Assembly: GCF_021869535.1 (NCBI RefSeq)
Contig: NW_026262679.1
Span: 69,750,001-69,814,000 of the forward strand
Length of the DNA stretch: 64,000 nt
Reading direction: 5' to 3'
Origin: Mytilus californianus
Lineage: Eukaryota
Shown here: in pieces, positions 24,113 through 37,687 of the stretch
How the letters are laid out: each line of letters begins with the position of its first letter
How positions within the stretch are numbered: the stretch's first letter is position 1
Program-made: the position numbers and the translations under genes
The notes under the pieces: model-generated
Told to the model about the DNA's origin: nothing
The model's input: only the letters and a program-made list of their open reading frames with translations
Database searches by the model: none

Positions 24113-24380
24113 AACAGGATAACGTTTTATTACAGGTTTTGAGTCTGTGTGCTACAATCCATCATATCAAAATAATCTGAAAGTAAAATGATTATGCAAT
24201 ATAATACATAGTAAATTTAAAAGAAATTAGTCTGATAAGAGATCAAGTTTAATAAATGTGAGAGTATACATCCCAAGAATTTGGATATTCAAGAGCTTTT
24301 ACACCAACTCTTGCTAAGGGAGTAGGGTCCTCTTGGTTGTGAGTAATGTGTAGTAACGGTATCTATGATGGTTTATTATT

Positions 24381-24993
24381 CGGGTCTCCACCATTATGGA
24401 AGAAACAGGGTGTTGCTCCTATAAGAAGTGTTTTAGATACGGGGTACTGTCTTGGTTCACTAGCTCACATATAAAGGTACTCTATTATATAAATAATTGT
24501 TTATTAACATTAAACAGGCATCCATAATAGTTCATATGATATAGGTTTACAATAATACATATAATTCCAGAAATTGATGTTTCTATGGCAAATGCAATTC
24601 TAAAAGTGAATCAAAAACTCTTAAAACCTAACTCTATAATTAATTTAACTGACCCTTTAGCCTAGCTATTACTTAATATTCTAAATTTATCTTATGCATC
24701 AAACCTCTGACCTTTTAATTACCAAATAGAAATGCTGAATTAGACAGAACATATTTATCTAAGAATCTTTAATGTCTCAAGTAGTGGTCAATAAAATGTG
24801 AAATAAACAATTAATTACAATTAATTACTGTTCTGAACTACTTCTACTTAAGACACTATAATCAACATCTGTTTTTTACTAATAAAACTATAGGCATGCA
24901 AATTCTTTTATCTTCAACATGAAATAATCGAAATACTGAAAATTGTATAAAATGTTACTTTTAAAATTGTTATAAATTTACTCTACTATATTT
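24381..24993 (+). repeat. ~600-bp segment, copy 1 of a local direct duplication
   Basis: Highly similar to 26424-27014 (CGGGT...CCACCATTATG to ...CTCTACTATATTT). Confidence 0.9.
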
Positions 24994-26423
24994 CCCTCTA
25001 GCTTGCTTTATAAAATTTTTGGTCTCCAAAAATTCAAATGCATTACAAAATTTGAAAAATAAAAGTTTAAAATGATCAATAATTATAAAAGAAAACAAAA
25101 CACAATTATTAAAGTTTGTTAATGTTCATTCATTTTCACACAGCATTCTGTCATCTTGATTTAAGTTCAAAGTTCAAATATGTCCAAATCTGTAAGCGAC
25201 ATCAGCTTAGATCGTTCATAGAATTTGAAAGTTCTGGTAATTAGTATATTTCACAAATCATCAGGTATTTCAGAACAAAATGTTATAGTTCTGCAAGATT
25301 TCGGTTATTAAACTGCAAATATCATAAGTTCAGTTTATATAGGCATATCCAATCGTTTAAGTAAAATTGTCATAGTTCATCATCTTAATTGTTGAAATAA
25401 GTTACAAATGTTTTTCAGTTCAGCATCTTGGTATTTATGTATTAAAGAATAGTTTGTGTCCATATAATATAATCATCATTAGGTATTCATCAAGTTTTCA
25501 AATGTTTGTCGTTTCACTCTTGTGTAGTACTGTTCTGTAGTATAGTCCAAATGTTCTATAAATGTTCTAATAAGCATGCAAAAACTAACTATAAAACTAT
25601 CTATATGAAAACTTATATACATTCCATGGATTTTATGATGCCCTAAAATTGGCTTTACTTGACTTTCACTTTTCATATGCAATTTTCATTTGCACAAATC
25701 TGATCACATTTCACTTGTCACTAAGTGATTGCGATCCGTAATACACAAATTGCACTATAGCTAATTTCTTGGTATTCTGCATATCAGAATATTTCATTTC
25801 AAAGGCTTAGAATGCACTATGATACTCTTGATATGACTCACATATTTAGCATATACATGTATACCTATGTATGACTCCACTAAATATTATGAACTCTACT
25901 ATTGCTTTCACTCAAAAGAACATTTGATGCACAAACTACCAATAAGACCCATTAAAATCTTCTTATTCCATATATCACTGGGAATAATATATACAAAAGT
26001 TCGAAAGATAGATGGTTAACCAGAATAAGTAAAGATAAGCGATATATGATATAAGATGAGTTATTATATCCCAATTTGAAATAGTTGACATTGTTCCTCA
26101 CAATATAGGTTCATTTGCTTCATTCATATTCAAACATCTAGGCAATGCTGCCTGTTCTGAATTTTTCTCGTCTTCATGTTGTCTTCATCTTCGTTTTTGT
26201 CTTAGTGAATATTTTTTCTCCAAAGGACAGGTCGTCTACACTTAGAAAAAAAATGTCCTTCCATAGTCTGCAATGAAAGTAGGAGGACACCTATATCGAC
26301 ATATTTTAGCAGTCTCTTGTGACTAAACAGGGAATTACAATGCATCAACAAAATCTAGGCAATTTATCCACGCACATAGAAACATACTTAAATCTGCTTT
26401 CTATATAATATCAGGCATCTGCC

Positions 26424-27014
26424 CGGGTCCTCCACCATTATGTAATAACGGTGTTCGGGGGGTACTGTCTTGGTTCATTAGCTCACATATAAAAGGTACT
26501 CCATTATATAACTAATTGTTTATTAAACATTAAACAGGCATGATAATAGTTCATATGATAAAGGTCTACAATAATCATGATAATACACATAATTCCAGAA
26601 ATAGATGTTTCTGTGGCAAATGCAATTCTAAAAGTGAATCAAAAGTCTTAAGACCTAACTCTATAATTAATTTGACTGACCCTTTAGCCTATTACTTAAT
26701 ATTCTAAATTTATCTTATGCATCAAACCTCTAACCTCTTAATTACCAAATAGAAATGCTGAATTAGACAGAACATATTTATCTAAGAATCTTTAATGTCT
26801 CAAGTAGTGGTCAATAACATGTGAAATAAACAATTAATTACAATTAATTACTTTTCTGAACTACTTCTACTAAAGACACTTAAATCAACACCTGTTGTTT
26901 ACTAATAAAACTAAGCATGCAAATTCTTTTATCTTCAACATGAAATAATCAAAATACTGAAAATTGTTTAAAATGTTACTTTTAAAATTTTTATAAATTT
27001 ACTCTACTATATTT
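26424..27014 (+). repeat. ~600-bp segment, copy 2
   Basis: See 24381-24993; differs by small indels. Confidence 0.9.
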
Positions 27015-30000
27015 GTCCAGTTTGGACATTTTCTCCACAATATAAGTAGGAGGTTTTGGACAACATACTCCAGGTTCGATCAAACCCTCTCATTTGAAAA
27101 GTGTCTGTACTACAGTAATTAATTAATATGAGAAACAATAATGCAAACGATAACCCCTTGAAGAGATTTTTCCAGAAATGGCCAGTTTATCAGTGGTCAT
27201 GTAGCAACCACGAAATTCAGAAAGTGAAGGGTCCCCATTTTATATATAAAAAAAAACATACACATATATTTTTCACATAGAATTAATCATATGTAGTGGT
27301 GGTGGTGGGGACATGGGGAGGGGGGGACAATAAGCCACCTCCAAGTACTCTGTTTTCTGCAAACTGTCTATGTTTGAATAAGAATCAAAAATCAAGCATT
27401 TTTACTTCCTTTTGAACCCCTTTAAATGTTTGTGTATGCTTATTTTGCAAACAGTGAGGTTTAACAAGGGAATAAATCAAGTTACAATAGTCAGACACAT
27501 AAAACTTTGCAGTCATGCAGTCAATAGTAATTTGGACTACTGCATATACTAAATTTAGTTAATCTTAACTACTATAGGATGGAAATGAGTTCATTATCGT
27601 GGCATTTGGTTAACAAATAAAAAATTGCTGGTATTTTTTTCTATTACACCTAATTCCCTATAATAGTAGAGGAATGAATATACAGTTTCTGTATGTAGTA
27701 GTCTACCTAGACCTGCTATCTAGTAATACTGAGCATAATAATTTGTCTAAAAGTGTAAGGACTGGCAGAAATTTCTTCCTCAAGTTTTTTTTAATTCAAT
27801 TTTCAGGACTTCACAACACGCAAATCTCCATTTAAAGTGTCACTTGAAGCAGCTCACAGACTTTATGAAGACTTATATTAAACACATCCTTTTCCATGTA
27901 CCACACAGTCAAGAAGCATGTGTTTTGTGCCAAGGAATTTTTAGTTTAAATTTATAAAAAAGAATGCTTGACTGAATAGGTAGTTTAAAGTTTAAATTAA
28001 AACTATCTTTCAAAAGTTTAGACTACATAAAGACAATAATAATATCAATAGAACTTGTATACAATTTAACAAAATAAAGGATGTATATTGCCCCTTTGAA
28101 ACATGTAACATACATATGTTATCACAGTTTTATTTATTTTTTAGTCCACAATAACAAATGTATGTTATTTTTCTCTAATAACTTATTTAAGTTATACCCT
28201 TGACTGTTGTATGACTTCCCTTGGAGGACATAGATGTAATTTAATATCAACTGCTATGAAATAATGTCCTGTGTCATAACTGTTGCTGTAAAATTCTGTC
28301 CACTTAAGAGTCACAATTTCATGGCAATAAACATTATTTTTTACTTTACATCTGTGAAAAACTGTCCAGGCGGACACTTTTTCACAGGACACTATTGTCT
28401 TACATCAGCAGACCCGTTCTGTGTCTTTTCGGATTTTGTGAACTGACTACCTTTTTCATTATTGGTCAAAGTATGTTCTAGGTAGAGCTACTATCCTAAT
28501 CCCTTTTGGGATTCTGAACTCGGAAGTGATTTTATGATTTTGCCACCTCAGAAATTTTAACAGACTTCGATCATGGTCTTCTGAAAGGCTAAAATGTCCT
28601 CTAATCAATTCCCTGTTTTAGAATATAATGCACTCTGTGCAATATTTTAATATGTGTACACCAAAGCATCGTAATTGGTTAAAAACATCATAAACAATTG
28701 AAATTCAATCAATGAAGTGACATTGATTATTTTCATTTTGGGGTACGAACAATAAAATTACCCAGTCCTTTAGATTCTGAAACGGCCTATTCTTACCTGC
28801 TTCAGGTATACAGAATAGTGATGTAGGTCTAAAAGGTGCGGTTTGAGTGAGGCAGCTGGCAAAAATGTCCCCAAATAGACATAATAGGGCTTGCCAAATC
28901 AGAAAATCAATCTGGACTCACTATCCTTCTGCTTCTGCGATTTGGTGGCCACCATAATTTCTTATCATTCTGCCACTTACTACTGTCATCTACACGCAAA
29001 ATGTACAGTCATGACAGAAGGTCACAACTAGGACATATTATGTGTTCATGTGTTACTCTGTTAGTATGTCACAATACATAGGACAATAGGATTTTACGTT
29101 GATAATTATTAGATTTGTCATAATATTTGGCAATGTTTTTCAACAACAAAAACTGTAAATCTCTTTAGGTGAAATATGCAAAATAAAAAATACCATATAT
29201 GCAAAGCATTAGCTGAATATTACTGTACTATTGTGTAGAATCTTTTTTTTTTTACTTCTGCTTAAATTGGAGTCCTTATGATTAGGGAAGATAAACGAAA
29301 GTTGTGTTATTTGTTATAAGTGTAACTTCCTCCGGTAAACAGAGCACTATAACGTTTACTGTTATACAACAAAATATGCAGCAAATGAGCATTAATATTT
29401 GAAAATTTACCGTTTAATTGATTACTCAGTACAAATAAAACTATATTTGAGATATTCAATAATAACTAAATTAAATACAGTGAGCCACATAATAGCCTTG
29501 AATGTTTAAATGGCAAGCTAGAGAGGAAACAATAAAAAAATCCCCCAATACGGAGCAACAGCAGTCTGACAGTATCACTCCATAACTGAACAAGGCTTTT
29601 ACTTGAATGCAGAGATATATATACAATATTGAATGTGTGTCACGGTCTGGAAAACTATTCCAAAAAAACAGCAGTAACACGAAATGATAGTATGTTTGTT
29701 AGTCCATACTTTAGGTGTTTCCTAGATGTAAAGGTATCTATAGGAATACTTTAAATGTTTAATATGAAATCATTTTTGTAAACATTGAGAAGCCAAATTT
29801 AATAGTGTATGTCTCGACTGGGACTAGTGTTAGTATAATAGTCCCATGTCTCGAGTGCTTATAAAAGTTTTTGATCATTTAGATAGACGGATTGCAAAGT
29901 TTTGAGGTTTTTTAAAATGAAATTAATCATGATTTTTCTGCAAATCAATATTCAGCATGTCAAAGTCAAAACCAAACTGGTAGTACTGTCTTTTCCAAAC

Positions 30001-30183
30001 CTGATTACTGTTTGGGAAATATAATTTCAGGAGTTCCAAAAGATTAGATTTGGAACAAATAATTGACTACCGGTACGAAATAAACATCTCCGACCGCACA
30101 AAAAGCAAATACTGTCTATGATTTATTTTTTAGGGAAATCCTAGTAGAAATTCGAAAAGAGAAATTTAATTGAAGGTTCGCAT

Positions 30184-31120
30184 TCAGTGATAATGAACGC
30201 CATACTAAACTCCAAATTGTACACAAGAAACTAAAATTAAAAATAATACAAGACTAACAAAGGTTAGAGGCTCCTGACTTAGGACAGGCGCAAAAATGCG
30301 GCGGGGTTAAACATGTTTATGAGATCTCAACCCTCCCCCTATACCTCTAGCCAATGTAGAAAAGTAAACGCATAACAATACGCACATTAAAATTCAGTTC
30401 AAGAGAAGTCCGAGTCTGATGTCAGAAGATGTAACCAAAGAAAATAAACAAAATGACAATAATACATAAATAACAACAGACTACTATCAGTTAACTGACA
30501 TGCCAGCTCCAGACTTCAATTAAACTGATTGAAAGATTATGTCTTCATCATATGAATATCAGGCACAATCCTTCCCGTTAGGGGTTTAGTATCATACCAT
30601 CATAACATATATGAGAAGAACATAACCCGTGTCATGCCAACAACTGGTTTTTAAATAAATGTGTTTAGTGCCGATGCAAAGACCCTATAAGTGAATCAAT
30701 ATTAACGCCAAAATATGCAATCTTTAATGACCTGACAACAGTATCGTAACTATATCCCTTCTTAATAAGTCTATTTAAAGGTTTTGTTAGCTTCAGAGGT
30801 GAATACTGACATTTTTGTGCTTTATAAAGAATATTTCCATAAAAAATTGGATGTGAAATACCTGAACGTATAAGAAGTCTGCATGTTGAGCTATATTTAC
30901 GAATGATGTCTTTATACCGATGATAAAATTTAGTAAATGTTTTGACTAGTTTGTGATGTCGAAAACCCTGGTGTAATAATTTTTCAGTAATACATAAATT
31001 TCTCTCGTTAAAATCTAAAACATTGTTACATACAAGAGCGAATCGTACAAGTTGAGATATATAAACACCGTAAGATGGTGACAAGGGAACGTCACCATCT
31101 AAAAATGGATAATTATACAT
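30184..31120 (-). mobile_element. Penelope-like retroelement fragment (RT C-terminal/thumb region plus 3' region), truncated
   Basis: ORF 30665..31120 NYPFLDGDVPLSPSYGVYISQLVRFALVC...KLLHQGF resembles the post-RT region of Penelope-like elements; closely similar to the second copy at 33537-34484. Confidence 0.75.
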
Positions 31121-32252
31121 ATGTCAATATATGAGACTTTATCGCACCGCTGGTAAATTATCACGTTGTGATTGGTTTAACGCCGTCACGTGGTGACCCC
31201 CTATGGATCCGTAGGGGTTAGTAAATTCCATAGTGGGTTCATGACGTCACGTCTACTGTTAATGGTGACGTCATCTATTGATGTTTTTGTATTTCATTGT
31301 TTATTTTTCTACAAAACGCTGCAGAAAAAGTATCGCGTGCGATAAATTCGTTATACGGTTAACTACTGACCCCCTACGGACAATAGAGGGTGAATAAAAT
31401 CCATAGGAGATTCGGCCTCCGGCCTCACCCCTATGGATTTTACTAACCCTCTATGGATCCGTACGGGGTCAGTAGCGAACCATATAATTTATATTAAAGT
31501 TCCGACAGAGGAAAGCCGACTTTGCATTTTATACTGAATGGAACCCATTGCTAATGATGCGCATGTTCCAGTAGACTGTACAAATAATTTTTTTTCATTT
31601 AGTTCTTTATAAAACTGTATATCATGAACAGAATTAAAATGTGTAAATCCAGGTTTGTTGGGTTAAAATCAACCAAAAGACATGCCAATTATATGATATT
31701 TGAAGAGTGTTTTTATAAATTATTGGAGTACGAGGAAAGAAATACATAAACAAGACAGAAACCCAGCAACACGATTCATATCCAGAAAAGACTTAAAAAC
31801 GGATTTTCTAATTTTTTGGGGTTAAAAAGTAAATATTTCATCCAAATTTACACGTACAAAATGTATTATTAAATTTTCACAAACCATACGGCAAAGAGAG
31901 ATTCCCGTCGCGAGATTTCCTTTTCAAAAAAAAAGACAAAAAAAGACAAACACATATAAGTAAGGATACATTCTTCAAACGAAAGACACTTAAAAGAATC
32001 TTTACCATTTATCAAGCTTTAAATCGACAAGAGTCTATAGAAAGATGTGCGCGAATAAAAATTAAAAGATACTGAAGAGCTTCCACAAACACCAAATGCT
32101 TTAAAGAATAAAAACAACTATCTGCTCGTAGGACAACCCCACTGACTAGCTATATATACGTGTGTGTTGCAAAATTTGGGCAGGCAAATTATCTCATTCT
32201 TTCTTTTATCGAAATAAGGATTTGACTCCACGCAAGGAATTATGCACAATCC

Positions 32253-32410
32253 AGAGGCGGATTTATGGGAGGAGGGCATGGTTCCCGGGGCCCCCTTTAT
32301 CGGGAGCTACATTTATGGTTAATCCAGACTGTTTACGGTTCCACTCCAAACTTTGTCTAGTTTGGGGGCCCGCGGGTCCCCACTTTTTCAAAATCCTGGA
32401 TCCGCATTTG
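32253..32410. mobile_element. Small GC-rich MITE (PIF/Harbinger-like termini, degenerate)
   Basis: AGAGGCGGATTT ... GGATCCGC ends with C/G-run interior. Confidence 0.45.
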
Positions 32411-33536
32411 CAATCTATCTATTTATTCAAGTTATTCGACCCCGTGCAGTACTGAAAGACATAGGCTTTTGGGTAAAATAATTTCTCGTTACGTTTGTTA
32501 CTATAACACGCAGGCACACAATTTGTGCAACAAGAGCAACATTATGCCATATGAAAACAACAAATTGATCAAGCAATATGAGAAAAAGAGAAAGCTACCC
32601 TCTATCTCTACTGTTGAAACAAGGCGTTTTCAGCATTTGTAAAATGAGTTACGGATAGCACTGAAGTAGAATTAAATTTTCCGAGATATCTTTAAATGCT
32701 TATGCACATTTAAAATGACATTGGCCAAGTTTTCCGCCAATATTTAGTATGCGAATTTATCTCTTTGTAACCTGTTGCATCGAATACTAGTAAAATAAAC
32801 TGGCCTTGAAAATCAGAAATGCGCTGAAAAAAAAACAGATTCGCTAGAATTAATTCTGTGCCGTTTTTTACTTTTTTAGTGATACATGTATCGGGGGATT
32901 CCTGCTTAAGTGTTCATACAGTGCGGGCTTTGGCATTGGAGAATTACAACATGATAAAAGTTTAATGTGAAGCTCTTAAACAAAATCTTCATATCTAGTT
33001 TCGGTTATCTCCCTTTGACCCAATATCTTGAATATTTTCCAAATCATTTTCAATTTTTTAGATAAACGTAGAATGATCAATTAACATTCAAATAATCAAA
33101 TAAATTTAAAATGAACACTTTTATGTTTTAAAAGATCCCACAACATATACCGCATGAAGGCAAACTTGTATTATATATTGAAACTGGTTAGTAAAGTGTG
33201 TTACTTGGTAAATCTTACTAAGTGTGCGACATACGACTTGGACAGATTTTAAGAAATTCTGTTTTAGAAAACCAAGGATTTGTACAAATTCTTGAGAAAA
33301 CTAAAGGTCAGCAAATGTATGAAAAAAAAATAATACAAAAAATAAGAAATCAATGTAGATTTTATTATTAATTGAATGTTTACTGCTTTTTTTCACTGCA
33401 TTGAACCTTTATTTACGCTGGGCGTTACCATTTTCCTTCCTGCACTTCTTATGGCGTTATTGTATAAAATCTACTCCAGTCGTCAACACTACATTATACT
33501 ACTGTACGACATGATTCCATACTCGATGGTTGAGTA

Positions 33537-34484
33537 AAATTTTAAATGAAAATTGAGAATGGAAACGGGGAATGTGTCAAAGAGACAACAACCCGACCAA
33601 AGAGCAGAAAACAGCCCAAGGCCACCAATGGGTCTTCAACACAGCGAGAAAATCCCGCACCCGGAGGCGGGCTTCAGCTGGCCCCTAAACAAAAAGGTGT
33701 ACTAGTTCAGCGAAAATGGACGTCACACTAAACTCCGAAACATATAAATGAACTAAAATTTAAAAAACATACAAGACTAACAAAGGCCAGGGGCTCCTGA
33801 CTTGAGACAGGCGCAAATTAAACATGTTTTGTGAGATCTCAATCCCCCCCTATACCTCTAGCCAATGTAGAATAAACAAACACAAAGCAGTACGCACAGT
33901 AAAACTCAGTTAAAAAGAAGTCCGATGTCAGACTAGGTAACAGTTGAAGCTAAGCAAAATGACAATGACACATAAATTAACAAGGGACTAATAGCAGTTA
34001 CTGACATGCCCGGCCGTTCCAGACCTCAATTAAACTGATTGAAAAATTATGTCTTCATCATATGAAAATCAAGCACAATCCCTCCCGTTAGGGGTTTAGT
34101 ATCATACCATCATAAAATATACGAGAAGAACATAACCCGTATCATGCCAACAACTGGTTTTTGAATAAATGTGTTTATTTCCGATGCAAAGACCCTATGC
34201 ATAGTGAATCAATATTAATTCTAAAAAATGCCATCTTTAATGACCTGACAACAGTATCGTAACTATATACCTTCTGAATTAGTTTGTTTAAAGGTTTGGT
34301 TAGCTTTTGAGGTGAATGACGACATTTTTGTGCTTTGTATAGAATACTATCATAAAAGATTGGATGTGAAATACCTGAACGTATAAGATGTCTGCACGTT
34401 GATTTATATTTACGAATGATGTCCTTGTACCGATGATAAAGTTTAGTAAATGTTTTGACAAGTTTGTGATATCGAAAACCCTGG
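33537..34484 (-). mobile_element. Penelope-like retroelement, 5'-truncated, with intact 3' end and target-site duplication
   Basis: Homologous to 30184-31120 (QGFRYHKLVKTF...); GGTTGAGTA at 33528-33536 is repeated at 34484-34492. Confidence 0.8.
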
Positions 34485-35157
34485 GTTGAGTACTTTGATC
34501 TTGATTCCATTTAATCATTTTAGTTCGGCATTGTTTATCATTATTTTTGTTTAGTGCTTTTTCTGTATTTATATAGTATATTGTACATTCCTTTTGTACA
34601 AGTGCGCCGATAATAAAAGAAAAAGGTATTCTCGAGATTTGAAAAAAGAACTTGATGAATCCCACAACACATGCACGGTGCCTGTCCAAAGTCAGATATA
34701 TCATCATTGGTTGTTTAAGTCAATTGTAATGTTTTAGTTAATTCAACTTAATTGTAATGTATTTAGATAATTGTAACGTACTTAATGTCATTAAGGAATT
34801 TGGTGTTGATGACAGATATATGATAGTCTCTTTTCGATCTATTTACAGCTTTCTCGACTAACCACTTAGGGCTTGTGATATGCATGGTATAGATAGTTGT
34901 CTATAGACAAAGATCGTATGTTGACCTGATGATGTTTACTAGTAATTGTTGTTGTTTTTGTTTCGTGTGGATGCCGTCTCATTGAACCCACATCTCAGTC
35001 CCATATTTAGGTTCTTGTTTTTATTTGAGAATGAGATCGATATCATAATAATGCGACTGCAGACATACAAATGTTTAAAATCTATATTTATTACAAAACA
35101 AAAACGAAAAATAAATATATAAATAGCAACACAGTATAAAGTGGTATAGTCGATTCA

Positions 35158-37552
35158 TCACGAAAGGTCTTCTAACTTTGGTCTACGGTGAACTCCAAGA
35201 TTATCCCATCTAATCCAAGACAAACGTGCTTTAAGATCTGAAATAATAAAAAAAGGAAAAATAATATCTATTGTTTTTTTTTTATCGTTCCCTTTACAAC
35301 GATTTCGTCGGTTTATTGTTTGTTTCAACATCTATGCCGTCACATAACGGTCAACTGTTAATTATTCATTTCTACACAATCTGATTAAAATCAGCTCCGT
35401 ATATATTATAGAGGTATGTTTAATATTCCCGGAATTTATTTCACACAAGGGCCATTTTTAAAATCTCTGTCAATCTTTATTTCTATTTATTATATCACTA
35501 CTCCAATAAGTGTGCTTTGAAGTTCTAACAATATCATGTCTTATTTCTAAACAGATCACCTGGTTTGCAAAATAATACAGGAGTCGATGCTTATCAAAAT
35601 GCTTTCAACAGTAACATATAGCGCGGAAAATATTTTTTTGGGGGTAATATGTGGTATTGTTAACAAAAAAGTTTAAAAAAGCATATGATATAGACTTTTT
35701 AATACTAGTATTCTGAATCAAATTCCAACAGATGTCAATGACCTTTTTGAAAAAAGGATGTTGTGTGGATTTGAAACGGATATTTGATCAAAGTTGTCCT
35801 CCATTTTTAGAACGCAAATCACCTTTTTACAATGTCTACTATACAACTATTTAGGAAGCCACTACTGCTCAAACTACCTTGTTATCCGTCGCTTTAGATC
35901 AGAATTAATCAACCTTTATGTGAAATTATATGTAGTATGGACCATGGAAGTATTATATTGATATAATACTTTCATGTATGGACGAATAGAAAATAAATAG
36001 TTAGTAGAAATATAATGCTTTAGATTTAATATTGATATAAATCTCCTACTTCTATACTATATGTTCTTTCATTGTTATTGAAAAAAAACATTCGAAAAAT
36101 GAATATATTAAATGAAAGATTAAAATTATATAGGAGACTTGCAAAAAAAAAATATCTAAATTTTTTTTTCACTTGCATTAAATAAAACTTTTCTCGAAGC
36201 TTGTGACAATAAATAATTCAAAGAATCAACTCATTGTTTGTAAGTTCGTGCAAATGTAATAATGATTCGATCCTTTTGAGACATATTTTTTAAGAAAAAG
36301 TTATATTTTAATTCGGTTTGGCTGTGAACATTTACATAATATTTCATTGACTGCACTGGAATTTTGTTCTAGTTAAAAGAAAAAAATCACAAATCACAAC
36401 AAATGAAACAGCACGGCAGGTACATTACTTAGGATTCTTGTAAATACGAAAAGATAAAATATGACATTTGTTTAATGTTAAAGACTTTCAAGAATAACGG
36501 GATATTTTCCTGGTCTAAGAACAGAAGGCACCACAACAAAAAACTAAAAAGTCATTTTTACTGGTCATTTGAATGATTAACCATAGCGCAAATACAGAAT
36601 AAATATATTTTGTCTCTTAGAAAAAATAACATAATGAATATATAATTCATCTTAGCAAAGACAGACGGGTAAAGGTTAGTATGTTCAAACATTCTTTTCT
36701 GATGCTTTAAATAAAAATAAATATATCATTATCAAGTAAAAGGCAAGTAATTCTTAAATCTATAAAATTCGTCCTTGTAAGTATAAGAAATGATACCTAT
36801 CTGCTTTAAAACATTTTAAAGACATACCCCAACAGTATATCCGTCAATACTGATATTGAAATAACATTATTTTTTTTAAACTCAAGACAAAAAAAATAAT
36901 TCTAGAGGTATACTTTTTACAACATAGAAATTATCTTTTAAAAAAAGATACTACAAACTAAATGCAATGGTATATACGTCAATGCGTAATTTTCCGTCTA
37001 ATAAAAGTTGATTAATGAGTTCTTACCACTAGTGTTCCAAATAGCCCTTCTTCTTCCACCAACACCAGATTTTAGAGATTGCTCAAGAAAGAGTAGTGGA
37101 TCTGTCTCCTTTGATTTCAACATGTCTCTAAGTAAAGCAATATAAGCAATGGCCAAGCGCAAAGTGTCTATTTTAGAGAGTCGTTTTTCATATGGAAATG
37201 TTGGCACAAATGAACGGAGTTCTTCAAAAGCAGAGTTTATACTCATCATTCGCTTCCGTTCCCTAACATTAGCTGCTTGCCTTTGAGGCTTCATGCCGAA
37301 TCTATAGTCAAAATAATCTCTACGGGCGTCGAAACTGTCCACAAAGACATCGTCCTCACCAATACACATTGTTTGGTTTGGTCCAATAAGACCCTGCATT
37401 TGTCCGTCGTCGATTTGGTGTTTGTACATTCCCGAGTCGGTAGACGTGTCGACAAGCAAAGGGCCGGAATCACAGCAATCGTTGACTACATCTTCTTCAA
37501 ACGCACGGCAATAGTTGTAAAATTGTAGAGGAATGTCTCTTTGTACATCCAT
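35158..37552 (-). CDS. Fer2: bHLH transcription factor, Fer2 / 48-related-2 type (PTF1A/FERD3L relatives); exon 1 37027-37552, exon 2 35158-35237; 201 aa
   Basis: b[59 protein letters not shown] matches the recalled Fer2 signature ([13 protein letters not shown]) better than PTF1A (SKVDTLRLAIGYI) or Fer3 (SRIETL). The ORF track reads through the donor G|GTAAGA at 37025-37026. Exon 2 after TTATTATTTCAG gives the conserved [15 protein letters not shown] motif, then stop TGA at 35158-35160. Confidence 0.9.
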
Positions 37553-37687
37553 ATTTGTTTCTTTAACAGAAATTCTGAGTATTTTATGTTATTCCAATTT
37601 TTCCATAGATTTCTAAATCGTTTGAATTTGGTGACAATGTTCGTCAAGCAACTTTATAGAAGTGTTATGTGGTGACATTGGTGACAC

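Noticed and set aside
30060-30115. Possible non-coding first exon of SERAC1 (CCG|GTAGTC donor)
   Set aside because: Only a weak donor and local CpG rise; not supportable without transcript data.
33546-33731. ORF MKIENGNGECVKETTTRP...
   Set aside because: Antisense reading of the non-coding 3' end of the Penelope-like element.
37277-37528. 83-aa + strand ORF and 60-aa alternative frame overlapping the bHLH exon
   Set aside because: Shadow frames of the real coding exon.
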